This document shows positions 46,425 through 56,281 of a stretch of 64,000 nucleotides of DNA, one piece after another (the first letter of the stretch is position 1; each line of letters begins with the position of its first letter). Origin of the DNA: Deltaproteobacteria bacterium (lineage in GTDB: Bacteria; Desulfobacterota; Desulfobulbia; Desulfobulbales; JAJRZW01); contig JAJRZW010000009.1 in NCBI GenBank assembly GCA_024275015.1, forward strand, positions 22,500-86,499. Direction: 5' to 3'. The notes below the pieces were generated by a model. That model saw only the letters and a list, made by a program, of their open reading frames with translations, had not been told where the DNA came from and searched no databases. Position numbers and translations under genes: made by a program.

Positions 46425-49318
46425 ATGCCAAGCAACGCCGGACTCCCGGATTTTCTTGCCACCAACATGGCCCTGCTTAAAAAGCATCATCGTCATATAT
46501 GGCAATCACTTGAGGACTCTCCGCCGACGACGATCGGCGAGGTATTCATCACCCCTTCGGGCGAACTCAACCTGCGGATAAAAACCGAAGACTCCAACAG
46601 GACGATCATAATGCACGACCCTGACACCCCGGCCTCGCGCGGCGACGGTTTTCTCTCCAACATTCCGGAAAAAAGCCGGGGCTTCGTCGCGGCTATGGGC
46701 ATGGGATTGGGGTACGGGGCCATGGCAATAATCAATAAACGCCCGGAGATCCGCCACCTTGTGATCCTTGAACGCAATCCCGGCATTTTCATCCAGGCCA
46801 TGCGCCATATTGATCTATCCCCACTGCTGTCAGACCCAAAGGTCATCCTCAGCGTGACTCCCGACCCTGACCTGCCCACCCTCCTGGCCCCGGCGAGAAG
46901 GGCCCTGATGCTCGAAGATATTCATACCCTGAGGCATCTGCCATCGTTCACCCTTGACCCCGAGGGTTATAACGATCTCAACGACCGCCTGTTCCAGATT
47001 TGCAACAAGGCCAACGTCGAGGGCAACACCAACCTCTACCACGGCCGCACCTACCTGAAGAACAGGTTTGCCAACCTCAAGGTTATCCACCACCACTTCC
47101 TCGTCGACAACCTACACAACAAGTTCTCAGAGGTACCGGCGATTCTGGTCGCCGGCGGTCCCTCCCTTGACAAAAACATCAATCAACTGAAAAACGCCGC
47201 GGGACGCGCGGTAATAATCGCGGTTGACTCGACCCTGCCGTCGCTAATGGCCGCCGAGGTCATCCCCGACCTCGTCACCACCATTGATCCCCAGGACCTC
47301 ATCTTTGAAAAATTCGCCGACGTTGTCGCCGAATGCGCCAACACCTCGATCATTACCATGCCGTGGGTATCAAACAAGGTAACCAGGGTCCTGCCGGCAA
47401 AAAAATATTCTGGGCCTTTACCGCCTCAAGCCTTGAGGCCTCCCTGGCCGGTCTCCTCGGGGGCCATGTCCTCACTGGCGGGGCGGCCACTGTCGCCCAT
47501 CTCAACCTGCAGGCGGCCATGATCCTCGGATGTTCACCGATAATCTTCGTCGGCCAGGATCTGGCCTATACCGACAACCGCGACCATGCCGGCAACACCG
47601 CCCTGACCCATAAGGAAACCATGGACATGGCCCTTGGTTCAGGCGATGGAATAGTATGGACCGACAGTGTCACTGGTGGCAGGGTAGCGACCAACCGGTC
47701 ATTTTTTGAAATGAAATGTTATTTCGAAAAGATGATAGAAGACGCGAACGAAAAACATGAATTCATCAACGCCACCGAAGGCGGTGTCGATATCAGGGGA
47801 ACGGCAATCATGTCCCTTGAAGAGGCAATCGGACGTTACTGCCGCCGCGACCAGGGCATAAACGCCAGGATCCATCCAGAAGACAGCGAGTCCCGCCATC
47901 CCGACCCCGGAAACCTCCTGACCGCCTACAAGGTTTTGCTGGAAAGAATCAATACCATTCTAAAAAAAATAAAAGCCAACAGCCGCCGCCATAAACAGGC
48001 GATGCGTGATTTAAATAAAATCAACCGGAAAGGCACCCCCGTCACCCCGCAGACGATGCCGGAGACCTTGCAGAAGATCATTGGCGCGATTGACCGATGC
48101 CACGAGGATCTTGACCGGGAAACCGATATCTGGCGGCTGATGCAGGAAATAACCCTGCAGGGAATCAAGAATTCGGAGCAGGAAAAACATCACCTTAAAA
48201 GCATTGAAAACGATCAGGGAAGGTACCACGAATGGATCACCGGCAGCCTGCGTTGCCTTGAGACAATAAACAATGTGCGCCGCGAGGCCCTGATCATATT
48301 CAAAAAAGCCTTTGAGGAAACAATACAATTTCACAACCGGGAAAAACGGCTGCGATCACAGCTCTCCGAGGGAAACAAAAACGGCGCCATGCCCCTGGCC
48401 CGGTTTTATTACCGCGACGGCCAGACCACCCTCCTTGCCGCGGCCATAGAATCCATGGACGCGGACGACAGGAATTCCGCCGAAGCACATTATTACCAGG
48501 GCATAATAAACTCTTACTGGAAAAGATTCGAACCGGCGGCCGGACACTTTGCCGCAGCCATGGAAAAAGACCCGTCGTACCGCGAGAAGGTCAATCATTT
48601 CAGGAAAGAAATGGCGGAAGAGTACCGCGTCTATGGCAGGAACTGGATCATTGACGTGAAAAGCAGGCGGAGAATGCTGATAAAGGGCTTACAGTACCAC
48701 CCCGAATACCGGCCCTTGATTAACGACATCCGGACTCTGGCGTATACCGACCTCAAGGTGGCTGGATACCCGTCAATCGCCTCCCCTCACCTTGACCACG
48801 ATGGCCTCATCCGCTCATGGTGTCATGACATTGAAGAAAACAAGATCTTTGCCGCCAAGATTCCGCCCGAACAGATAACTGCGTTCTACCGTCATCTGAT
48901 CCGTATTCAACGCCGCGATAACGACATCGCTGGCGCCCTCGGAAGCTACAGCCGCATCCTGACCGTCACCCCCGATTCCCCGGGTATCCACCACGAAGTG
49001 GCCGACCTCCTCTTCGGCATCGGCGAGTTCACCCAGGGGATAGCACACCTTGACCGGGCCGTGGCCCTTGACCCGTCATATGCTTCATCATGGGAAAAGA
49101 TAGGAGACCACCTGTTTGACACCGGACAATACGAAGAGGCGATAACCGCCTATGAAAAATGCTTTACCGCCCTACCGGACAGACACGCCAGCCTGAAAAA
49201 AATCGGCGACTGCTACCTGGCCATGGACCGTCCCGAGGCGTCAAAGGCCGCCTATCTCGCTCTGAAAGAGAAAATCACCGCGGCAGGACATCCACCCCCG
49301 GTTTCGACACGCTCATAA
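46425..49318 (+). pseudogene. maf: Motility accessory factor (Maf/DUF115-type putative flagellin glycosyltransferase) with C-terminal TPR region; frame broken by a -1 shift in the A7 run 47399..47405
   Basis: ORFs 46425..47522 and 47333..49318 overlap. Joining at the A-run gives a continuous ..VLPAKK-IFWAFTASSLEA.. sequence. Maf core VAGGPSLDKN..AVDSTLP. Confidence 0.8.
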
Positions 49319-50189
49319 TCAGGGTATCGCATCTGCCGATAGCGGCCAGTTCCTTCTCATAGCTGGCCGAGAGCGCGGCGGAATCAAGAAAATCCCAGAC
49401 CTGATGCCCCCCCGGCCTCCCCTTTGCCAGCCAGTACAGGTGGTTGCTCAGGGGATAACGCTGCACCTGACGGATATAGTTCAAACGTAGTCCCGCCTGT
49501 TCAACGAGCAAGGGCAGAGTTCGATTTGAAAACAGGAACAGATGGCAGCTCCAATAGGTGAATCCGGCAAAAGCCTCGCACTCGTAAAGGGTCAGCAGGG
49601 CGTCATCGGCATTGGGAACCTCGACAATCATCTCGCCGTCATCATCGAGGCATAATGCCAGACGGCGCAGTATATCCCTGGGATCGGCAAGATGCTCCAT
49701 GACGTGGAATAAAGTGATGAGGTCAAATTCAGCCTCACTCTTTTCAAGATCGTCGAGACCGGGGTAAACCCTAAGCCCATTACGATTGAAATACCACTGC
49801 AACCGTTCTTCAAGCTCAACCCCAATGGCAACCTTTGCCTTGTGCCGCGCCCGCATAAGGAACCCCCCGGCGCCGCAGCCGAAATCAAGAATCTTTCTCT
49901 CCGGCAGACGTCCTTTCAGATACTCGTAACGTCTTGTGTCGTCCGCCTCCGAAGCCGAAAGCCACACGTTGATATCAACCGCCTCATCGCCGTGCATCCC
50001 GGACTCCTGGTAAAAGCCATCGCCGGAATGATCAAGGGAAGAAAGATACACCAAACCGCAGCCACCGCATTCACACACCCTTATACGGGGATCATCGCGG
50101 ACGCCCCCGGAGCGACAGGAAAAATCCCGTTCCCCGCATAAATAACACCCGGTACCGGCCACGGGTACAGTCCCTGAGACAACAGCCAT
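49275..50189 (-). CDS. Class I SAM-dependent methyltransferase with N-terminal zinc ribbon
   Basis: CYLCG..CECGGCG; motif I ILDFGCGAGG. Confidence 0.8.
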   Translation of the reverse strand: MAVVSGTVPVAGTGCYLCGERDFSCRSGGVRDDPRIRVCECGGCGLVYLSSLDHSGDGFYQESGMHGDEAVDINVWLSASEADDTRRYEYLKGRLPERKILDFGCGAGGFLMRARHKAKVAIGVELEERLQWYFNRNGLRVYPGLDDLEKSEAEFDLITLFHVMEHLADPRDILRRLALCLDDDGEMIVEVPNADDALLTLYECEAFAGFTYWSCHLFLFSNRTLPLLVEQAGLRLNYIRQVQRYPLSNHLYWLAKGRPGGHQVWDFLDSAALSASYEKELAAIGRCDTLIMSVSKPGVDVLPR

Positions 50190-50235
50190 GCCCCCTCCAT
50201 ATATTTCCCACCGCGACCACGGCGCGATATCGCGT

Positions 50236-50340
50236 TTGTCAAACCGTTGAAAAAGCCGTCAACGGCTTTTTCAACTCCGGTCGGCCAAAACAAGCTCCGG
50301 CCAATCTCTCGATTTTATTGGATTTTTCAACAGACTGTCA
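50236..50340 (-). repeat. Family A repeat, copy A5 (internally deleted)
   Basis: H5 and H4 are intact, and H3 is truncated onto a terminal TTTTTCAACAGACTG. Its last 3 nt are the TGA of the upstream radical SAM gene. Confidence 0.75.
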
Positions 50341-51798
50341 GGACGCCTTCCTGAACCTCTTGCTCTCAAAATGACGTGCGCCGCGGAATTTCGTTTCACC
50401 TCTGAAATAAAGATTATGAAATTTTTCAATCATCGCGTGGGCTTTGTCCATGTCGCCACCGACATGCTCAAAATAGTCAAGGATAAGCTCCCGGTTGGCC
50501 GCGAACAACAGGCCATAGAATTCCTCATCGCTGAGGCTGGTGAAGTTCACGGTAAGCAGGTCAGAGTTGACGAATTTATCAAAAAAGTCCCCAGGCCCGG
50601 CGAGAAGCCCCTTCTTTATGGCGTAATGGTACAGTTCGCAACCGGGGAAAGGGGTTATCGGCCTTATGGTCCGCAGCTCATTGTAGCTCTGGAATTTCTT
50701 GATGAAATCAACACTTCTGCGAAGAGTCTCGGCGTTGTCACTCATGATGCCCCAGATAAAATTTATCCCCATTGGCACCCCGTGCTTTTTCATCAGGGTC
50801 GCGGTGGTAAAATTATCGGTTACCGTGGTGTTCTTCCTGAAATCATCGAGGCATTCCTGGGTGACAGATTCAAAGCCGACATTAACATAGCAGCAACCTG
50901 AATCCTTCAACAGCACCGCGAGTTCATCGGTGGCGATATTGGCCCGAATCCCGGCGTTTATATTGTATTTGATCTTACCCATAAGGCCGCTTTCCCGTAA
51001 TCCTGCCACGAACTCCCGCAACCGGTCCACCGAGGCGATAAAAACCTCGTCCTGGAGGGCAAAATAAGTCACCCCGTAATCCTCGTATAATTGCTTCATC
51101 TCGGCCAAGACATTGTCAATACTGCGGAAACGAACGCCTTTCTCCATCCGGTAACAGAAAGTGCAGCGGTTTACGCATCCCCTGCCGGTCAGGATCTGAA
51201 TCGCCTTTTCATCATCACCCTGAAGGTGATACTGCATATTGGTGGTGTATATATCCATGGGGAACATATCCCAGGCCGGAAAAGGTATCCTGTCTATCTT
51301 CATGATCGGGGCACGCCGCTTATTGCGTCTGATCCGACCTTCCCCGTCCCGATAGACTATGCCCCTAACGGTTGTAAGATCCCTGCCGCCGGTAACGGCG
51401 TCAAGAAGATCAACCACGGTTTCCTCCGCCTCGCCCACCGCGACGATATCCGCCATACTATTGGCAAGGATATACTCCGGCTCCGAGGATGGCCCGTGGC
51501 CACCGAAGACAATCCGGGCGTTTTTCTTGTGGGCGTGAACGACCTCGCACAGTCCCGTAACCGTTTCCCTGAACCTCGCGGCCAGAAAACCGATACCTAT
51601 CAGGTCGTACTCTTTGTCCATCAGGTACTTTTCCACCACCTCGTCATTACTGTAATGATAGATATCCTGACAGCATATCGTCACCTCCGCCCCCTCCTCA
51701 CGCAGAACCGAGGCGAGATACGCCACCCCGAGGGGGAACTGATTATCTTCCTGGTAAACATCATGAACGATAAACAAAACCCTGCCCTTAGCCGCCAT
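50338..51798 (-). CDS. B12-binding-domain radical SAM enzyme
   Basis: N-terminal cobalamin-binding-like domain; CVNRCTFC cluster motif. Confidence 0.85.
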   Translation of the reverse strand: MAAKGRVLFIVHDVYQEDNQFPLGVAYLASVLREEGAEVTICCQDIYHYSNDEVVEKYLMDKEYDLIGIGFLAARFRETVTGLCEVVHAHKKNARIVFGGHGPSSEPEYILANSMADIVAVGEAEETVVDLLDAVTGGRDLTTVRGIVYRDGEGRIRRNKRRAPIMKIDRIPFPAWDMFPMDIYTTNMQYHLQGDDEKAIQILTGRGCVNRCTFCYRMEKGVRFRSIDNVLAEMKQLYEDYGVTYFALQDEVFIASVDRLREFVAGLRESGLMGKIKYNINAGIRANIATDELAVLLKDSGCCYVNVGFESVTQECLDDFRKNTTVTDNFTTATLMKKHGVPMGINFIWGIMSDNAETLRRSVDFIKKFQSYNELRTIRPITPFPGCELYHYAIKKGLLAGPGDFFDKFVNSDLLTVNFTSLSDEEFYGLLFAANRELILDYFEHVGGDMDKAHAMIEKFHNLYFRGETKFRGARHFESKRFRKAS

Positions 51799-51866
51799 AA
51801 TATCTCCTCATCCTTCTCTTAAATAAACAACGGGGTCGTCAGAAGTTCCCGTACACCCGACCCCGG

Positions 51867-54206
51867 TCAGGCCGCGTCCCGAGCCACCCCGCCGGTTCCG
51901 AACATCTGTTCCAGGATCTCAAGCGCCTGCCAGAACCCGGCACCGCCGTTTTTGTGCCCCTGCCATATCTCCGGAATAAACGAGGCCTCTGGGGCATACC
52001 GGTCAAGATCCCGGCCCAGGGCGTGGAAATCGATCGTGCCCTGGCCGATCTGCAACCCCTCACCGTCAAGACCTTCGGCGTCAACGATGTGAAGATGGGC
52101 CGTATGGGGGCCGACCCGCCTGATAAATTCATTAAAAGACCAGTTAAAATAATTACAGGCCAGCCTGGAATGAGAGATGTCAAGACACACCCTCATCCCC
52201 TGATCCCAACAAAAATCAGCGGTCTCCGCCGGATCCACGAACAGGTTCTGGTAGCGCTGCCCCCCGAAATGCCAGGGGAACGGCGGCATGGTCTGGGGAA
52301 TAATTTCAACCCCGTCCATATCAAGCCGGGAAAGACTTTCCACAAACCTCTCGTAGTAAAGCCGCCGTTCCTCAACCCCCAAATGAGCATGCTGGGTCGT
52401 GCCGCCGACATTGACGATTATCAGCGGCCTGGAGGTGCTGGGAAAATAGCGTTTGAGCCTTCTCGTAATCCCGATGACCCTCTGCAACTCCTTTATGGAA
52501 TGGCGACGGTAGTGCTCATCCGGAGAACAGAGGTCAAGGATATGCTCACCGGCGAAGAGTTCCGGACTGTGAACAACAAAATCAATATCAAGGGGATGGG
52601 TAAAGATGTCATCAACATCAAGGAGCATGTCCTTGTAGCTCAGGTGAAACTCCACCAGGTCAAGGTTGCTTGCCGCCAGCATATCCCTTACGTCGTGGTA
52701 ACGAACCGGAATCCCGAAGGGACGGGTGAATTCATAGAAGCGTGGACTGGCAGCCGGCCCTTCTATGTCCGAAGGAAAGAAGAAGTCACCGGCCCTGAAA
52801 TCATGCCGGGCCCCGAGTCCGACCAGTTCTCGCCGCCGGTATGGCGGCAAACCGTTACCCGGGCTTCTGACCACAATAACATCGTCGGTGATCGTCTCTC
52901 CCTCGGCAAGGTCGCGACTGGCCACAAGACTCTTGCCCAGAACCTCCCGGTTCATCATCTCTCCCTGGGTTACCACCCTTTCATTGCTGCTGCCCAGGGC
53001 CATCTCCACCTCCCTGATCGCCCGCACCATTGCCCTGAACTCATCGGGCAGGAGACTGACCTTGTGATCGTTGCCCTCGAGGGTGCGATCAAGGGTAAAA
53101 TGTTTCTCTATCACCATGGCCCCCCGGCTCACCGCGGCAACGGGTATCGAGATCCCCCGTTCATGCCCGGAATAGCCGACAAACCCGCCCCCTATCTCCT
53201 TGAGCCGATCCATGTACTTCAGGTTTATGTCCTTGAACGGCGCGGGATAGGTTGAATTACACAGCATCAACACAAACTGAGAACCGGCCGTTTTAAGGAC
53301 ATCAACCGCCTGCCTTATTTCCGTCTCGGTTGACATCCCGGTTGAACAGATAAGAGGCTTGCCGGTATCGGCCATGGCCTTCAGGAGATCATGGTTGGTC
53401 AGATCCGCCGAGGCCAGTTTGTAGGCACACATGCCGTATTTCTCAAGCAAGGACAGACTGCGCTGATCAAAGGGAGTACATAACGGACGGCCGCCATTTT
53501 CCCGGCAGTAATCAAATACCGCGAACATATCGTCAGGTGACAGTTGATACTTGGCAAGAAGGTCAAGGGTGTACTGGGCCCCTAGATCCGCGCTTACATC
53601 ATCGGCCCGGCCCTGATTTTTGTACAGGCTGTCCATATCTCGCATCTGAAATTTAACAAAATCCGCCCCGGCGTCTATCGCGGCATCAACCAGGTGCCGG
53701 GCCGAGGCGACACTGCCATTATGATTGTTCCCGATCTCAGCGATAATCATGACCGGAGCGTCCTCGGTCAGAGGAAAACCGTCAATTACCATATCGGGGT
53801 CACGTTTCCTGGCAATGGCCACCAATCGATGTCTTTTATCAACAAGAGGAATGGCGTTTATCTTTTTACTCAACCTCTTGCGGATAACTTCAGCGGAATC
53901 ACCGATACGGGCGAATTCGCAGTCGCGATTAACGACATTCGCCACCTTCTGCGACAGACTGACGTTACGCTGGGCCACCACCCAACGACGGAAATCCCCG
54001 TCGGTCATGATCCCCTCAAGCCGGCCCGACTGACTCACGGCTACAATAAAACGGTGCCTGTTGCGTCCTATCTTTTCAAGGGCCCGGCTGATGCAGTCTT
54101 CAGCAAAAACGATATATGCGGAAATATTTCTGTCGATAATCACAAACCCACCTCCATCTACCATAGTAAAAACGGCACTACCACGCGGTCCAGCCGCCAT
54201 CAACAA
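51867..54206 (-). CDS. Multidomain nonulosonic-acid synthase: CBS pair, NeuB/PseI-like synthase, SAF domain and a xylose-isomerase-like TIM barrel
   Basis: IAEIGNNHNGS..FVKFQ (NeuB); SAF region GKSLVASRDLAEGETI; C-terminal TIM-barrel-like region. Start uncertain (TTG 54206, ATG 54200 or ATG 54164). Confidence 0.75.
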   Translation of the reverse strand: MLMAAGPRGSAVFTMVDGGGFVIIDRNISAYIVFAEDCISRALEKIGRNRHRFIVAVSQSGRLEGIMTDGDFRRWVVAQRNVSLSQKVANVVNRDCEFARIGDSAEVIRKRLSKKINAIPLVDKRHRLVAIARKRDPDMVIDGFPLTEDAPVMIIAEIGNNHNGSVASARHLVDAAIDAGADFVKFQMRDMDSLYKNQGRADDVSADLGAQYTLDLLAKYQLSPDDMFAVFDYCRENGGRPLCTPFDQRSLSLLEKYGMCAYKLASADLTNHDLLKAMADTGKPLICSTGMSTETEIRQAVDVLKTAGSQFVLMLCNSTYPAPFKDINLKYMDRLKEIGGGFVGYSGHERGISIPVAAVSRGAMVIEKHFTLDRTLEGNDHKVSLLPDEFRAMVRAIREVEMALGSSNERVVTQGEMMNREVLGKSLVASRDLAEGETITDDVIVVRSPGNGLPPYRRRELVGLGARHDFRAGDFFFPSDIEGPAASPRFYEFTRPFGIPVRYHDVRDMLAASNLDLVEFHLSYKDMLLDVDDIFTHPLDIDFVVHSPELFAGEHILDLCSPDEHYRRHSIKELQRVIGITRRLKRYFPSTSRPLIIVNVGGTTQHAHLGVEERRLYYERFVESLSRLDMDGVEIIPQTMPPFPWHFGGQRYQNLFVDPAETADFCWDQGMRVCLDISHSRLACNYFNWSFNEFIRRVGPHTAHLHIVDAEGLDGEGLQIGQGTIDFHALGRDLDRYAPEASFIPEIWQGHKNGGAGFWQALEILEQMFGTGGVARDAA

Positions 54207-55011
54207 CCAGCACCGAACCCGTCATATAGCTTGACGCCTCGGACGCGAGGAAGAGAAACGGCCCGTCAAGCTCGTTTTTCTCACACATCCTGCCAATGGG
54301 TGACAACCTTGAAAAATTTTCCAGAAACATCTCCCCGTGTCCGGCGTAGACCCCGTGAGGGGCGATGGCGTTACAGCGGATATTGTCCCTGGCGTATAAC
54401 GTTGCCAGATACCTGGTGAAATTGGGCATGAACGATTTGCTGACCACATAGTCAACCGGTTTGTAATTCACCTTGCCGTCTCCCATGTCATACAATTGCT
54501 GGTTGGGCGAAACAAGAGAATAGGACGACGCGACATTGATGATATTGCCCCCGTCCTGCCGCAACATCTGCTTGCAAACCGCCTGTGTCATCTGGACCGC
54601 TCCGATCAAATTGACCTCAAGTGACTTTCTAACAAGTTCTATCGGATAGTCCTCAAAACGACTTGAATCATTCCGGCCGATGCCCTCCCGGTCAAACTTG
54701 GCGTCAATGGCGGCGTTATTGACCAGCACGTCGACGCGGCCAAACCGGCTTACCACCATCCCGAGACACCTGTCGATACTGGAATGACTGGTGACATCAA
54801 GGTCGCAGACCAGAAAATTTTCACAATCGAACTCCGCCTCCAGCCCCTTAGCAATCCCGGACACAATCCCGGCATTATGCCCGGCAACAACCACCTTGGC
54901 CTGGTTGCGGAGATAGGCTCGGCATACCTCTGTCCCTATCAGTCCAAACGCGCCAGTGACGACGATGACCTTACCCCGTACCGACACGACGTCGTTATCA
55001 ACCATTTTCAC
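54178..55011 (-). CDS. Short-chain dehydrogenase/reductase
   Basis: VTGAFGLIG; catalytic YVVSK. GTG start at 55011 with GAGGA SD (ATG alternative at 55005). Confidence 0.85.
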   Translation of the reverse strand: MKMVDNDVVSVRGKVIVVTGAFGLIGTEVCRAYLRNQAKVVVAGHNAGIVSGIAKGLEAEFDCENFLVCDLDVTSHSSIDRCLGMVVSRFGRVDVLVNNAAIDAKFDREGIGRNDSSRFEDYPIELVRKSLEVNLIGAVQMTQAVCKQMLRQDGGNIINVASSYSLVSPNQQLYDMGDGKVNYKPVDYVVSKSFMPNFTRYLATLYARDNIRCNAIAPHGVYAGHGEMFLENFSRLSPIGRMCEKNELDGPFLFLASEASSYMTGSVLVVDGGWTAW

Positions 55012-55077
55012 CCTTGATCCTCAGCATACCGTTGGAAATTCCAGCCACATGCGCACAGGCCGGTTGCGAACAGGCTG

Positions 55078-56136
55078 TCAGACAACAAACCTGCCGATTA
55101 ATTTCATGTCACACTGACCGGTACATTTCATCTCCCGGTCAAGTTCAAAATGACTGCGCCTTAAGCGCTCGTATTCCCCCCCGTTCCATATCTCCCGCAA
55201 TGACTGTTTTCTGGTGTCGCCGAGGATGATCTCGTTATTAAAATCCTCCACGCACATAGCAGCCTCGCCATTTGACTTTATGGTCATTGACGACCAGGGG
55301 AACTGACAGAATTCGGTCCAGTGAATCGAGTTTGTCCCTTCGTTTTTGTCCTGATACCACTGCTGGTCCTGACTCTTCAAATAGATGTATACATCGTGGC
55401 CGGAGAATGCTTTCTGTAATTTTTTAAACTCATCCAGCTGGTCTTTACGGTTAAGGTCAAGCATAGTGATAACTATTGTAGTAGTAAATCCATATTTCTT
55501 CTTGGCCTCAAGCATACAGATAATTTTCTTATATGCGGCTTCAAAATTAGACGCGTCTCCCCTTATTTTTTTATGAATAAAATCATCAACGCTTTCAATT
55601 GAATACTTTATATATCCGAGACCGTTATTGAATATATCAATATTTTTCTCAACATTGATATTCGCCGGATTGCAACTGAAATAAGATTGAAGCCCCTTTT
55701 CCGTCATTTTCTTTACCCTTTCAGGCAATCTTGTGTCAAGCAAAGGGTCGCCATATCCATGCAACTGCACTACCTTTGGTATTACATGAAGAAAATAATG
55801 ATTTTCGCTCATATCATTACGGCTTATACCGTATTTTTCCTCAACAAATGCCTGCCATTTCTCCCACTCGAGAGACGAAAACGGCTCTATCTCGTCGATA
55901 ACACGGTCAAAAACCCTATCATCCATGGTCTCGACCTTCCGGGTCATCATCGTCGTCCTCGGGCACATTTCACAACGCATATTGCATGCGTTTGTTGTCT
56001 CTATATTATAGACAACCGGGACCTCACTTCTGTATTCTTCAAACCTGTCAATCACCTCCCTGCTGTCAATCTTTTCACCTGACATAATTCTTTGTTTGAG
56101 ATCAAAAATGCTCATGTAAAAATTAATATCTATCAT
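55078..56136 (-). CDS. Radical SAM enzyme with Cys-rich (SPASM-like) C-terminus
   Basis: ATG 56136 with AGGAGG SD (the ORF track start at 56205 lies inside repeat A6). CNMRCEMC cluster motif. Gene is markedly AT-rich. Confidence 0.8.
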   Translation of the reverse strand: MIDINFYMSIFDLKQRIMSGEKIDSREVIDRFEEYRSEVPVVYNIETTNACNMRCEMCPRTTMMTRKVETMDDRVFDRVIDEIEPFSSLEWEKWQAFVEEKYGISRNDMSENHYFLHVIPKVVQLHGYGDPLLDTRLPERVKKMTEKGLQSYFSCNPANINVEKNIDIFNNGLGYIKYSIESVDDFIHKKIRGDASNFEAAYKKIICMLEAKKKYGFTTTIVITMLDLNRKDQLDEFKKLQKAFSGHDVYIYLKSQDQQWYQDKNEGTNSIHWTEFCQFPWSSMTIKSNGEAAMCVEDFNNEIILGDTRKQSLREIWNGGEYERLRRSHFELDREMKCTGQCDMKLIGRFVV

Positions 56137-56148
56137 CAAGGCCTCCTG

Positions 56149-56230
56149 TATCAGACCGTTGAAAAAGCCGTCCATGGATTTTTCAACTTCGGTTGGCCAA
56201 AACAAGTTCCGGCCAACCTCTCGATTTCAC
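56149..56230 (-). repeat. Family A repeat, copy A6 (H5-H4 half)
   Basis: CAGACCGTTGAAAAAGCC..GGTTGGCCAAAACAAGTTCCGGCCAACCTCTCGATTTCAC. Confidence 0.75.
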
Positions 56231-56281
56231 CAGATCATCTGGTTGCAAAATCCGTCCTGGCCTTTGCAACCAGATGATCTG
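56231..56281. repeat. Perfect 19-bp inverted repeat with a 13-nt loop
   Basis: CAGATCATCTGGTTGCAAA-atccgtcctggcc-TTTGCAACCAGATGATCTG. Contains the stop codon and the last ~15 codons of the CMP-sugar synthetase ORF. Confidence 0.8.
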
